Source: Cetorhinus maximus
Taxonomy: Eukaryota
Direction: 5' to 3'
Assembly: GCF_964194155.1 (NCBI RefSeq)
Contig: NW_027596599.1
Span: 1 to 64,000, forward strand
Length of the DNA stretch: 64,000 bases
Part shown: one piece after another, positions 36,861 through 49,489 of the stretch
Numbering within the stretch: position 1 is the stretch's first letter
How the letters are laid out: each line of letters opens with the position of its first letter
Position numbers and translations under genes: made by a program
The notes under the pieces: model-generated
What the model was told of the DNA's origin: nothing
The model's input: only the letters and a program-made list of their open reading frames with translations
The model's database searches: none

Positions 36861-37529
36861 TTCACTCCCTTCCTATCTGCCTTCTCCACTCCCCTCCCCT
36901 CCTCCTTCCCACTGACAGGGTGGATATTATGTTTTGTTCAAGTCAATGAAAGTGAATATGGGGCGGAGAGCAGAACAGCTAACCAATTGGATACGGTCTG
37001 TATTGACCACCGACCTAAGTCCAATTATATGGCTGGAGCATTTCTCAGCAGAGTAGCACAGTCCTAATGGCTCAGGGATTCCTGAGTTCAGAAAGTCTAA
37101 TGGGAGCAGCGTTCCAGCCATTGAAAAGAACAGAGGTTCAAACGCAGAACAGACAGAGGATAGGATGGACAATGTGTTCTGTACCTAGATTTACATTGTA
37201 GTTTAGGCTTTGTAGCCTGAACTAAACTGTACCAACAATTAGGGACATGAATCTTAAACAGTGCAGGAAAGGAGACTGGGGCTCCATTCTGCAGCCCGGA
37301 TTCTGATTGGATATCAACTTGTGACAATATGCTTTGCAAAGAGAAGAGTGGAGCGAGAATAAAATAAAAATATCAAAAGATTGATCCGAATTATGCCGCT
37401 TTTTTCCAATAGGGATATTGGTTTAAAATATCAGAACAGAGATAGATGTGTATTTAATTGGTGAACTAAGAACTGTAAATAACAGAAACCAGATCAGTGA
37501 AAGTGGGTGACAGTCTAGGTTGAAGTGAA

Positions 37530-37745
37530 TGACGCTGAGTGTCCTGTTCAATCAATATTTATCTCTCAAACAACATCACAGAAACAGATTATCTGGTCAT
37601 TATCACATCTGTAGATTATAGAATGCCTGATGTGTTTCCTATATTGAAACAGTTAACAGACTTTGTAAACAACTCACTGGCTGTAAAGTGCTCTGGGATG
37701 TCATGTGGTCGTGAATGGCGCTATAGAAATGTAAAGTTATTTCTT
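37530..37745 (+). mobile_element. SINE with an L2-like tail (SacSINE/Deu-SINE-like)
   Basis: ggctgtaaagtgctctgggatgtc...ggcgctatagaaatgtaa tail. Confidence 0.6.
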
Positions 37746-37975
37746 TTTGTTCTCTTTATTGACAGTTTGTGCCCGGGAGGCTGCATGAATTATCCTGCCT
37801 GCTGCTGGCTGCTCCTCACCTTTCCACAACCCCGATATACTGCATTCACCACCTTCCCAACCAACCCCACTCCCACCCTACACTCACACTTTAAATACCT
37901 CCTACTCACTTTCACTGCTGCGAGAGCTGCTGGGTTTTTCCAGCACTTTCTGTTTTTATTACAAGGAGACCTCAT

Positions 37976-38335
37976 CTTAACTTCGGAAATCTTCACTTTC
38001 TGTTTTGTTGTAGCTTACAGAATGGCCAATGTATTTTTTTGTGTGTGATTCTAATGAAGACTTCAACCGATCCTCGGATTGAGAAAGACAATCACAGAAT
38101 GAAAGTGTTTCTGAAAACATGTGAGTGAATCTCTTGTTGATTGTACCTTGTAGATCTCAACAGCTTCATTGATCAGCAGGAGATGGTGCGACTCGTGATT
38201 CTGTTGGTCTCTCCCAGCAGGACATGTCTTGTCAGTTTCACAAAACAGCTTCACTTCTTCCCGATGATCCTCATGTTTAATTTCCTTGTCGCGTCCAGAT
38301 TGAATTTTCCAGATGTTTTCAGCTGAATCACCATG
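37976..38335 (-). pseudogene. TRIM pseudogene B-box exon remnant (38147 to about 38335) and exon 2 (37976-38072)
   Basis: KLFCETDK...H..H.LLLINEAVEIYK|gt is paralogous to 47680-47792; exon 2 (DRLKSSLES...) is 97 nt versus 96 and has a GT>AT donor; RING portion replaced by CR1 debris. Confidence 0.88.
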
Positions 38336-38779
38336 GTGCCCAGTTCTAAACTCTTAAATCAGATGAAACATCCTTCCAGCATCTACCATGACAAAGCTCT
38401 TAACAATTTTAAATGCTGCAATGAGACAACCTTTCATTCTCCTCATCTCTACGGATTACATGCTAGATTTACACAAACTCTCCGCATAGAAATCCCCCAT
38501 CAATTAGTTTCATGAAACTTCTTTCCACTCCCTCTATAATAAGCATATCCTACGATAGTTAAGGAGACCAAGACTGTACACAGTACCAGTTGACGACTCG
38601 CCTAGCCCCTGTATAATTACTGTAAGACTGCTTTACCCTTATACTCTAATCCCTTTGGAATAGAGTGAAAGGCAGGGGTTAACAGTGACCTGATTCGGGG
38701 ATTAAAAAATATAAGGAAAAGCTTTAGGTGGAAAACACGAGGCTCATAATGACTTTTATTGGCACACGTGTCTCTGTGC

Positions 38780-40270
38780 TTGTCTGTAGAGTCTAAGGAT
38801 GTCTGTACAGAGAGTTGACCGTCACATAATTTGCTCCGTAGAGTGAACCCCATTGCGATATTCACTTGAGTACCATACAAACCAGAAGTGTAGAAGATTG
38901 GGAGTTCATCACCACCATCTTCTCAAGGGTAATTAGGGGTGGGCAATAAATGCCGGCCTAGCCAGAGAACCGCACATCGCATGATTGAATTAAAGAAACT
39001 GACACCTAAACAAGAAGTTTGACACCATACTGACAGTGATTGTGTCTATTTCCTGAGTTCTTCAATCAGTTGGTACCACCATTACTGAACTCAAATCGTT
39101 CTGTTAGAACTACACCGTCTTGACGTCAACCATGTTCTTGAGGCTGAAGTTAAAGCCAGTTAAATACTACAGTTTATATCAAAGGTTAGACATTAATGGA
39201 AAATCATGCTGATTATATCTATCCCACATAATTGTGGATTTTAGTGTGGGGCTGCCCAGTTAAACTTTCCCAATGATGATCACGGAACATATAACCAAAC
39301 AAGGGGATTGGATGAATTCAATTTGAGAAAGTGGTATCGATTAGATTTGAGTAGCAGAATACATGATAATCATTGTATGATCCAGCACAGAAGGAGCCCA
39401 ATCGATCGATATGGCACATAATTTCCACGCACACACAAACCAATAAATTGGTACTAATATAATTTTATGATATTGCTATGTTGCCATTAAAATTTCGAGC
39501 ACTTCCATTTGCCAACTTTGTAAACTTGTAAGCTTGAGGCCTTCTGACTAAGGTCCATCCTTAAATAATTCTAAATGCCTATAAAGCATCTTTCTTGTCC
39601 AGGGAGTTTTTGTACAGTTTTCTACTGATACTTTGATGTATAATACTGAAAATTTATGTGAGATTTGGCTGGGAGAGTGTTTCAATTTTTATTAATTGGA
39701 GCTGTTATAATTTAAAATACTGTTGCTGGATTAACCCTGCTGTACTGCAATTACATACCAGCAATAGTCCATTTACAAGTTAGAAGTAATAAAGCTGCTA
39801 CACCTTCTGAGACCTAACTTCTGTATTTTAACCTTGTAATTTGGATATTTTATTTTATTGAAGCTTTTGCTTACTTTTCTTCACTTGTAGCCTTCCTTTG
39901 CAAAGTCACATTATCAGACTTCCTACAAAAGAAGAAAGCAAAATTACGATGCACTCCTGTTCTTTATAGTTGGATGATCAGCCATGATCATAATGAATGA
40001 CGGAGAAGGCTCAAGGGCCGAATGGCCTACTCCTGCTCCCATTTTCTATGTTTCTATGATCCGTGGTGCCTGTGAACCTTCAAAGTTAGCCCCCACTTCT
40101 CGGGTCCTTTTTCTTTCATGCAGCACTGAGCTTCATTCAGCAGGTGGCAGCGGTGCACTTTGTATCAATGAAAAACTTGCGTCCATTCAGAGTCTCAACC
40201 CATCCCACAAACTAATGCGGTCCACAGTGAATTACTCACAAGCGCACATTCACCCGTCACAGTAAAATCC
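38780..40270. repeat. Copy A of a local segmental duplication (copy B at 41545-42030 plus 45165-45410)
   Basis: Shared blocks cccattgcgatattcac/cccattgtgatattcac, caccattactg, ataattgtggat and cagcaggtggcag..tgcactttgtat. Confidence 0.75.
40137..40151 (+). promoter_or_regulatory. CTCF-like motif
   Basis: tcagcaggtggcagc matches CCASYAGRKGGCRS with one mismatch; conserved in the duplicate. Confidence 0.55.
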
Positions 40271-40569
40271 CACAAAATGCCCTCTGATAACGATACTCAA
40301 TGATAATCTTCAGTAATCCTGCAAATAAAAAAATCTGACACCATAAATTCACAACAAGCTCTTAAATGGCTCGTAGCAAGGTGCAAAGTGCATATGGCAA
40401 ATACTGCTGCCACCGAACACTGGTGGTGAAGGGGGGTGAATGTATAAGATAGTGGATGGGCAGCCGATAAGGCGGGCTGCGTTGTTCTGGATGATGCCGA
40501 GTTTCGTGAGTGTTGTTTGTTTTACCAGGCAAGTGGAGAATATTCCTTCACACTCTTGACAAAAAACTA

Positions 40570-41225
40570 GCATGCAGATGCAGCAAGAAATTGGGAAGGT
40601 AAATGCATGCTGGCCTTCATCGCGAGGAATACAGGAGTAAGGATATCTTGCTGCAGTCATGCAGAGACTTGCTGAGACTTCACCTGTAGTAATGTGCACA
40701 GTTTTGGTCTTCTCATCTAAAGAGGAATATACTCGCTACAGAAGTAGTGCAGCGGAGCTTCACTAGATTAATCCTGGAGGGATTGTTTTATGAGGAGAGA
40801 TTGAGCAGACGGTCTGTATTCTCTAGAGGTTCAAAGAATAAGGGGTGACCTCATTGAAACTTACAAAATTCTTACAATGTGATAGGGTGGATGTAGATAA
40901 AATGCTCCCCCTGACTGGTGAGTCTAGATCCAGGGGAGATAATCTCAAGATAAGAGGTAGACCATTTAAGGCTGAGATGAGGAGGAATTTCTTCATTCAG
41001 AGGGTGGTAAATCTTTGGAATTCTCTACCCCAGAGGACTGTGGAAACTCAATCATCAAGCATGTGCAAGACAGAGATCGACAGATTTCTTGAGACCGATG
41101 TCATCAAAGAATATGGAGTTATTGCGGGGGAGTGGCATTGAAATAGATGATCAGCCATGATCTAATTGAATGGCAGAGCATGCTCGACAAGCCGAATGGC
41201 CTCCTCCTGTTCCTGTGTTCTTAGG
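40570..41225 (+). mobile_element. CR1 3' end
   Basis: RGDNLKIRGRPFKAEMRRNFFIQRVVNLWNSLP plus tail. Confidence 0.9.
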
Positions 41226-42289
41226 CTCATAAACTGGTTCCAGAGCAGGTGTTAATGGTTACAGCAGAATGTGAACGGTGCTTAGAATCTGAAGATCCTG
41301 AATTCAATGCTGAGGCTGAAAGGCTGTAAAGGGCAGGATGGCAACATTCCTAATTCCTGTCAGGAACAACTAACACTACATTCCCTGTGGCTGTTTGAAA
41401 GGGAGACTTGTAGGTGTCATTTCAGAAACAAAGACAACAGTTAACAGTGGAGTCAGTAAAAGAGGAGTAATAATTACATAAGAACACACTTTAGATGGAA
41501 AATATGAGGTTCATAGACGATTTTACTGGGTAAAGCGACCCTATGGTCCTCTGTGGAGTCTAACAAGTTCCGTAGAGAGAGTTTAATGTCCAACATTTCA
41601 TCCCGCAGAATGGATCCCATTGTGATATTCACCAGATGAACCGACAAACCAGGAGTTCAGTAGATTGGGGTTGATCTGCACAAACCAGAGTATTGATATC
41701 AAGACTGACTCCGATGCTGTTCAGTTCCAGAGATCTCCAATCACTTGGTTCCCACCATTACTGTTTTTAAATCCCTCTGTTAGCACAGCAATGCCAGGAT
41801 GACAATCATGTTGGTTTATATAGCGGATTTCAAAACCAGCTAAATACTGCAGCATATATCACATTAATGCAGAATCTTAATTTGTAAATATTTCCCGGAT
41901 AATTGTGGATATTAATGTGAGATTCTCCAACTAATCTTTCCCACTAACACCCCTGGGAACAAATCACGAAACAATGGGATTGATTGAATCGACTTTGTGA
42001 ATCTGAATTTGATCGGATCCAAGTCTAAGAATGCTTGAAAGTTGCAGCCTCATACAACACAGAAGGAGACCACTCAGCCTTTCGAACCTATGAACCTTCA
42101 AAAACCATACTCAGCAATTCTTGGGCCGCTTTGAATGCTCAATTCTTTCATTCAGCACTGAAATTCTGTCAGAAAATAAAAGCAGAAAGTTCCTGGAAAA
42201 ACTCAGCAGGTCTGGCAGTATTTGTAGAGAGAGAAGGAGAGTTAACATTTCCAAATTGCACTTTGGTGCTGCTTTGGGCTGCAGTAGAT

Positions 42290-45250
42290 TGCTTAAGTTG
42301 GAGTTTGGTGACTGAGGGAGAGCGGTGAGCAAGGGAATGTGGTGATCCTTTGAGGACTGTGTGTACATTCAGGTAAGTATTTACTACTTTTAACACTTAT
42401 AGTTTTCAAGGTTTTATTTTGTGGTTCATCGTTTGTACGGGCTATATTCTGTAACAATGAGGAGCAGAGAATAAGTAACCGAGAGTAATTGATATATCTG
42501 GTATTAAGTATAAGGTACAATTTAATTTAAAGTGGTAAGTCATGGCAGGAGAGCTCAGAGCCGTGGTTGCTCCTCCTGCTCCATGTGGGAAGCTGGGAAC
42601 ATTTCCTGTGCCCGGGGCCAGCATGTGTATGTGAGGTGTTTCCAGATGCAGCTCCTGGAAGCCCGGGTTTCGGAGCTCGAGCGGCGGCTGGGGACACTTT
42701 GGAGCATCTGCAAGGTGGAGAGTATTGTAGATAGCATATATAGAGAGGTGGTCACACCGCAGGCTAAGAGTCCACAGGCAGGAAGGGACTGGTTGACCAC
42801 CAGGTGGAGCAAGACGACTAGGCAGGCAGTGCAGGAATGTCCTGTGGCTATTCCTCTGCAAAACATATATACAACTTTGGATACTGTTGGTGGAATGGCC
42901 TCTCACAGGAAAGCAGCAATAGCCAAATTCGTTGCACCACACTTGACTCTGCTGCACAGGGGAGGAGGAAAAAGTGTGGGAGTGCAATAATTTTAGGCGA
43001 TTCAATAGTGAGGGGAATGGACAGGCGTTTCTGTGGCCACAAATGAGACTCCAGGACGGTTTGTTGCCTCCCTGGTCCTAGGGTGAAGGATGTCTCAGAA
43101 TGGCTACAGGACATTCTGAAGGGGGAGGGTGAACAGCCGGTGGTCATGATAAACATTGGTACAAATGACATAGGTAAAAAAAAAGGTTGAGGTCCTAAAA
43201 GTAGAATATAGGGAGTTCGGAAGTAAGTTGAAAAGTCGGACTCAAAGTTTGTATCTTAGGATTACTACCAGTGCCACGTGCTAGCCAGTGTAGAAATAGC
43301 AGGATATTTCGAATGAATACGTAGCTGAGGTGATGGTGTGAGGAGGATTGTTTCACATTCTTGGGACATTGGGTCCAGTTCTGGGGCAGGTGGGACCAGT
43401 ACAAACTGGACAGGTAACACCTGGGCAGGACCGGGACTGATGTCCTGGGGGGAATATTGGCAAGAGTGGTTGGGTAGTGTTTAAACTAAAATATCAAGGG
43501 GATGGGAACCTATGCAAGGAGTCAGAGGAGGGGGGATTATGGACAAGAACAAAAGACAGAAAGGGGAATAAGAAAAGAGATAGGCAGAGAAATCAATGGC
43601 AAGAATCAATCAAGGCCTTGGTTAAAAATAATGGGAATGGGACAAGTAATATTAAAAAGATAAGCCTTAAGGTTTTGTGCCTTAACACAAGAAGCATTCG
43701 CAATAAAGTGGATGAATTAATTAATAGATGTAAACAGGTATGATATAGTCGTGATTTCGGAGACATGGTTGCAAGGTGGCCAGGGACGGGAGCTGAACAT
43801 CCAGGGGTATTCAGTGTTTAGGAAAGACAGACAATAAGAAAAAGATGGTGGAGTTGCATTGCTGGTTAAAGAGGAAATTAACGCAATAGCGAGGGGAGAT
43901 ATTAGCTCCAACGATGTGGAACCTGTATGGGTAGAGCTGAGAAACACTAAGGGGCAAAGAACGTTGGTAGGGTTTTTATATAGATCCCCAAATTGTAGCG
44001 GTGATGTTGGGAATAGCATTAAACAGGAAATTAAAGAGGCATGCTATAAAGGAACGTTTGTAATTATGGATGACTTTAATCTGCATTTAGATTGGGCAAA
44101 CCAAATTAGAAAGAATACCATAGAGGAGGAATTCCTGGCGTGTATATTGGATGGTTTTCTAGATCAATACGTTGAGGAACCAACTAGAGAACAGGCCATC
44201 CTAGGCAGGGTATTCTGTAATGAGAAAGGAATTATTGGCAATCTAGTTGTGCGATGCCCCTTGGGGATGCATGACCATAATATGATAGAATTCCTCATCA
44301 AGGTGGAGAGTGATGTAGTTGAGTCTGAGACTAGGGTCCTGAATCTCAATAAAGGAAACTACGATGGTATGAGACACGAGTTGGCTCCGATGGATTGAGA
44401 AAACTTACCTAAATGGATGATGGTGGATAGGTAATGGCAAACATTCAAAGAGCGCATGGGTGAACTGCAAGAATTTTTTATTCCTAAACAAATACAAAAA
44501 TACCTGGAAAAACTCAGCAGGTCTGACAGCATCTGCGGAGAGGAACACAGTTAACGCTTCAAGTCCGCATGGCTCTTCATCAGAACTAAGGCAAAATAGA
44601 AAAGAGGTGAAATATAAGCTGGTTTGGGGGTGGGGGAAGAGGGGTGGGACAGGTAGAGCTGGATAGAGGACCAGTGATAGGTGGAGATAACCAAAAGATG
44701 TCTTAGACAAAAGAACAAAGGGGTGTTGACGGTGGTGATATTAGCTAAGAAATGTGCGAATGGTTAAATTAAGGGTAGAAAGCAGGGCGATCAAGTGACA
44801 GAAAACTCTAGTGGGGGTGGGGCGGGGGTAAGGGATTGAAATAGGCTAAAAGGTAGAGGTAAAATAATGGATGGAAATACATTTAAAAATAATGGAGGAC
44901 GAGACAGACTAGATGCAGGAAGGATGTTCCCGATCGTGGGGGAGTCCAGGACCAGGGGTCACAGTCTGAGGATACCGGGTAGACCATTTAGGACTGAGAT
45001 GAGGATGAATTGCTTCACTCAGGGAGTGGTCAGCCTGTGGAATTCGCTACCACAGAAAGCAGTTGAGGCCAAAACATTGTATGTTTTCTAGAAGGAGTAA
45101 GATATAGCTCAATACCCGAAAGGGATCCAAGGGCATGGGGAGAAAGCGGGAGCAGGCTATTGAGTTGGATGATCAGCCATGATCATAATAAATGGCGGAG
45201 CAGGCTCGAAGGGTCGAATGGCCTACACCTGCTCCTAGTTTCTATGTTTC
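42290..45250 (+). mobile_element. CR1 LINE with 5' UTR, ORF1 (zinc finger plus SGNH esterase), endonuclease and 3' tail; the RT region is replaced by a Penelope fragment (about 44485-44895, minus)
   Basis: CSSCSMW..C..C.QMQLLEARVSELE, GDSIVRG, endonuclease motifs DFNL and HDHN, and tail at 45165-45250. Confidence 0.92.
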
Positions 45251-45287
45251 TTTGTTTATTAGGCTCTTCTTCGGAACTGATATTCTG

Positions 45288-45302
45288 TCAGCAGGTGGCA
45301 GT
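45288..45302 (+). promoter_or_regulatory. CTCF-like motif (duplicate copy)
   Basis: tcagcaggtggcagt. Confidence 0.55.
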
Positions 45303-46247
45303 GATGCACTTTGTATGAATAAAAGAGACGATCACATAGAGTCTGAACCCATCCCAGAAACTGACTGCACCCGAAATTCATTACGCGCAAGTGCAGTAAC
45401 CGCCGTTTTTCAGGGAAATGAATGAGTCATATTACACCCAGCACGACCCTGCAGAAAGGAAATTAGATGAATTACGGGTTAATCTGTCCTTGATGGTGTT
45501 GGTTGAGGGAGGAATGTTGTCCAGGACACCGGGAGAATTCCCCTGCTCCACTTTACCGTGGGATCTGAAACTCCCACTTGAGGCCTTGGTTGAATATCTC
45601 ATTGGAAGGTCTCAGACTGTCGGACGGGGACAGGAAAAGGATTGGAACGTTCAGCCGCCTGAATGCCTTCCACCTTTCGATTAGATATGACTGACATGTC
45701 CCTCAACTCCATTTATCCGCCTCAGCTCCGTATGTTTTGATACCCTGGAAAATTACATTATTCCCAGTATTCCCCCTTAAAGGAGAGACAATTCCACATT
45801 TCTCCGACACTTGGAGGCGAAAAGTTGCTTCGAGATTTCACTCCGAATGGGCTCGGTCAAATTTTAATGATGATGACAGAACTCTCCTCATGTTGATGAT
45901 GGGTGACAGTATTTTCCAAAATCGAGTAGAATTCCGACCGTTGGGGAGGAATGTTTCCAATGACAGGAACTTCCCAGGTTTTCCCTCCATTGAAATGAAT
46001 GTCAGTAAATTCCGGTGGGCTGTGTAAGGGGTGTTCATGTCCCCCAGGCCAGATTGTCATTTCTGTGCCCCACACAGGAGCTGTTCAGCACCCAGACAGT
46101 GACATTAAAATCCAATGTTCAATACTGTCAAATGTATGAAACATTTTGCGCTAGAATATCAGACAATATCTCTGCAATAAAACAAGACATTTTTTTTCTC
46201 CAATCGACATTGATTTCTCCACTTCCCCTCTGCCGCCTTAACTCTTT

Positions 46248-46315
46248 GGCCAGAATTTTTCCGTCGGCGAGTTGGGGGCGGGTCCCCCTCGCCCATCGAG
46301 GGCTAAATTCTGCCC
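46248..46315. mobile_element. 68-bp Harbinger mini-MITE
   Basis: ggccagaattt...aaattctgccc TIRs; the left part resembles the reverse complement of the Harbinger end at 28760-28792. Confidence 0.65.
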
Positions 46316-47139
46316 TATATTTTTCCAACTTTACTGAATTATCTGTTTATAATCCTGATGTATCTCAAAACTTCAATAGCCTGTGGTTTTCCTTTCTGCC
46401 GGAGCACAAGTGTCGGGGGAAGCTCTTCAAGTTTAACCCCAATAGGATGCCGTTTGATCCTCTCCCATTTTCCATTGGCCTGTCCCACAGTTCTGCCCCC
46501 CACACCCTGTGATGGCCTTCCTCTTTATCAAGGACTGGGAGGGCAGCACTGCCTGAGACATGAATGCACAGAGCTCAAAATCCCCGAGGCGGAGTTTGAT
46601 TTTCTCTGAATTTTTTTTTCTATTTGTGAAACTAAATCTTATTTTCTCAAGCATTTACAAAGAAACTCCAAATACATTCTGCATAAAAACATATGTCAAG
46701 CCTCCTTTTCAATGCATTAATGCTCTCGACCTCAGCCACATCATGTGGCAGCGAGTTCCACATTGTGACCAATCGCCAGATGGAGAAATTCTCCCCAATA
46801 TTGGGGGAAATATGTCACCCCAAAGCTTTCCTGCATCAGTTGAGGTGTCCCTGGGAAGGATCCATGAAGCACAGAGGTCTGTGAACCCTCTAAATTCTCT
46901 GTATCTATCTCTCGAAATACTTTCTTGAAGTTATGGTACTTTTTGCCTTAGTGTGAGCGACTGCAATCAGGAACGCATTTTAAGGATCTGGATCTCACAC
47001 CTTGTTTCACCAGAGGGTTTGTAATCGGCAGCGAGTTCAGACTGGAGAAAAGTGCAATAGAATCTCGATCCCACCGATCTCCCCCTCCTCTCTCCCTCCC
47101 TCTCTCTCTCTTTCTCTCCACTGTCAACATTCCCTGGAG

Positions 47140-47370
47140 CCCAACCCGCCCTCGACAGGTTTCAATTATTCCCCTCCGTGCTTTAACTTTGCTTTTCCCC
47201 CTTTAGACTGGGCGTGTTATTTTTACTGTCCTGTGTGAAAGTCGCGAGGACATAGACCACGATGGAATAATAATTGCCTGAGGATCGAAGTGAACGTTAT
47301 AAGAAAAAAGCTGAACTGAGGGTGTGCGGCAGCAACATCGAAACTGAAAGCGGTTTGAGTCAGGAAGTGC
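47140..47370 (+). promoter_or_regulatory. TRIM promoter/5' UTR with GC boxes, a TATA-like box, ISRE, AP-1 and ETS sites
   Basis: cccgccc at about 47145, ttataag at about 47297, gaaactgaaag at 47340-47350, tgagtca at 47356-47362, caggaagtg at 47361-47369. Confidence 0.6.
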
Positions 47371-47381
47371 TGAGTGTGAAC

Positions 47382-47792
47382 ATGGCTTTCAGAGAACAGG
47401 TCCAGAGTTTGACCGAGGAGACAATTTGTTCCATTTGCCTTGATTTCTTCACTGATCCGGTTTCACTGGAATGTGGACACAACTTCTGCCGCTCCTGTAT
47501 CACCCAGTGTTGGGAAAAGAAGGAGAAAAACTCCTGCCCGGAATGTAGAGAGGAGTTTCCGGAAAGAAACCTCAGGGTAAATAGGGCCTTAGCGAATCTG
47601 GCCGAGAAAACTCGAAAATTAATGCTGGATCCGAAAGAGAAGGAAAGCAAACTTCACTGTGAGGAACATCAGGAAGAAGTGAAGCTGTTTTGTGAAACTG
47701 ACAAGAAATTGATCTGTGTCACTTGTGTAGTTTCGCGGGAACACAAATCTCACAACTTCCTGCCGATTAAAGAAGCTGTTGAAATCTACAAG
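47382..47792 (+). CDS. TRIM E3 ligase (TRIM27/39-like) exon 1: RING plus B-box2
   Basis: aacATGG Kozak context; C-x2-C...CGHNFC..C...CPEC RING; CEEH...FC..D...C..C...H..H B-box; donor aag|gtaaaa; 411 nt. Confidence 0.96.
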
Positions 47793-47882
47793 GTAAAAGG
47801 GGATATATTTTCTAAGTTGATAGTTTTATCACATTTTCATGGTCTAACACTTCAATTCTGTGATTTTCTCTCCCAATCCCAG

Positions 47883-47978
47883 GGTCAGCTGAAATCTTCC
47901 TTAGATTCTCTCACACAGAAGAAATCGGCGGTTCGAGAAACGGAACAGAAACAGAAGCGGAAGATTTCCGAAGTCAGG
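47883..47978 (+). CDS. TRIM exon 2 (96 nt, coiled-coil)
   Basis: cccag|[10 protein letters not shown]...ISEVR|gtaagg; canonical 96-nt TRIM exon. Confidence 0.93.
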
Positions 47979-48071
47979 GTAAGGTCTCCCTGTTCTGGTT
48001 TTCTGGGATCTCGGTCAGTTTTGCTCCCTTTATCGCGGGACATTAATTATGTTTCACATTTCATTTGGTAG

Positions 48072-48305
48072 GAACAGTCGAGCAGTCTGCAGACCCACAT
48101 CACATCCGAGTTCACTAAAATGCACCAGATTCTCACTGAGAAAGAGCAGCGACTACTCAGAGATCTCAGGGAAGAAGAGGAGAGGATTCTAGAAAGAATG
48201 GAGAAAAACCTTCGAGAGATTGAAGAGAATTTAAATTCTATTGAGGAGAAGCTCTCAAAGTTGCAGAAACAGATGGAGCAAAAGGACGAGCTGATATTTT
48301 TAAAG
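48072..48305 (+). CDS. TRIM exon 3 (234 nt, coiled-coil)
   Basis: tag|EQSSSLQTHITSEFTKMHQILTEKEQRLL...LIFLK|gtgagg. Confidence 0.93.
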
Positions 48306-48804
48306 GTGAGGGAATATATTGCGGGTCAGTTCAATGAAACTTCACACAGTCACAAAGTAACTGATAACTGTGGAATAAATATAGAATTTACTGAATAAAT
48401 AAAAACGGAGTTAAGCACATTTCTGTCTGTTTCGTGGCAGTTTTGCGGTCTCCCCGAAATAATCGGCTTCCACATTGTCTGTAGATTCCCGAGAATACCT
48501 GTAACCTCCAGAGAATGAGTTTTCTTGATCTTCACACTTGCTTTGTGATTATTTCCGTGTTGCCAAGTTTATTTTTCACCTGGACCGCCCATTGTAATCC
48601 AGTTCCAGTTCATGTTGTGAGTGTGTGGGTGTGTCTGTTACGGTGTGTGAGAGTCACTGTGTCTGTGAGCGGGACTGATGTTGAGTTCCAGTTTATTTGA
48701 CTCTCCACAACCTTCCTGCCAAAATGCATCACTTTACACTTCCGTGTTGAATCTAACATGCTCTGAGTCTGCTCATTTCACCAGCCGCCCTGTTTATGTC
48801 CTCC

Positions 48805-49340
48805 TGAAATGTGTGCAATTCTGGTTACCTCATGACAGAAAAGTAATTGAATTAGAGAGGGTACAGAGGAGATTTACAAGGATGTTACTAGGACTAGAAA
48901 ATTGCAGCTATGAGGAAAGATTGGAAAGGCTGGGGTTGTTCTCCCTGGGACAGAGGAGACTGAGGGGAGATTTGAGATATACCGAATTGTGAGGGGCCTG
49001 ATAGAGTGGGTGGGGAAGGGCCTATTTACTTAGCAGAGAGGTCAGTGACCAGGGGGCACAGATTTAAAGTGCATAGAAAGCTGAGAGGGAAGATGATGAA
49101 AAACCTTTACACCCAGACGGTTATGGGATCTGGAACTCACTGCCTGTAAGAGTAGTAGAGGCAGAAACCCTCAGCTCATTTAAAAGCTGTCTGGATATTG
49201 ACATGAAGTGCTGTAAACTGCAGGGCTGGTGATCAAATGATGCAAAGTGCGATGAGGCTGGGTGGCTTGTTTTTCATCTGGCGCAGACAGGATGGGCCGA
49301 CTGGCCTCTTTCTGTGCCGTAAACTTTCTATGATTCTAAA
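48805..49340 (+). mobile_element. CR1 3' end in TRIM intron 3
   Basis: CVQFW.PH...[11 protein letters not shown]...SYEERL. Confidence 0.9.
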
Positions 49341-49383
49341 TCTGTTACTGTGCTCCTCACTGTTCGTGATTCATTTATTTCAG

Positions 49384-49406
49384 GAGGAAGCTTGTCGGAA
49401 GAGAAG
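49384..49406 (+). CDS. TRIM exon 4 (23 nt)
   Basis: ttcag|gaggaagcttgtcggaagagaag|gtagga; canonical 23-nt exon of B30.2 TRIMs. Confidence 0.88.
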
Positions 49407-49489
49407 GTAGGACATGTTTTCTGCTGAAACTCTGCACAATTTGGTAAAATAACTCAGAAAGGTTTTGTTATGAATTTCTTTTCTAGTTA

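Noticed and set aside
47274-47381. N-terminal extension of the TRIM from the ORF track
   Set aside because: It starts at TTG; the eukaryotic ATG with Kozak context at 47382 matches the usual TRIM start
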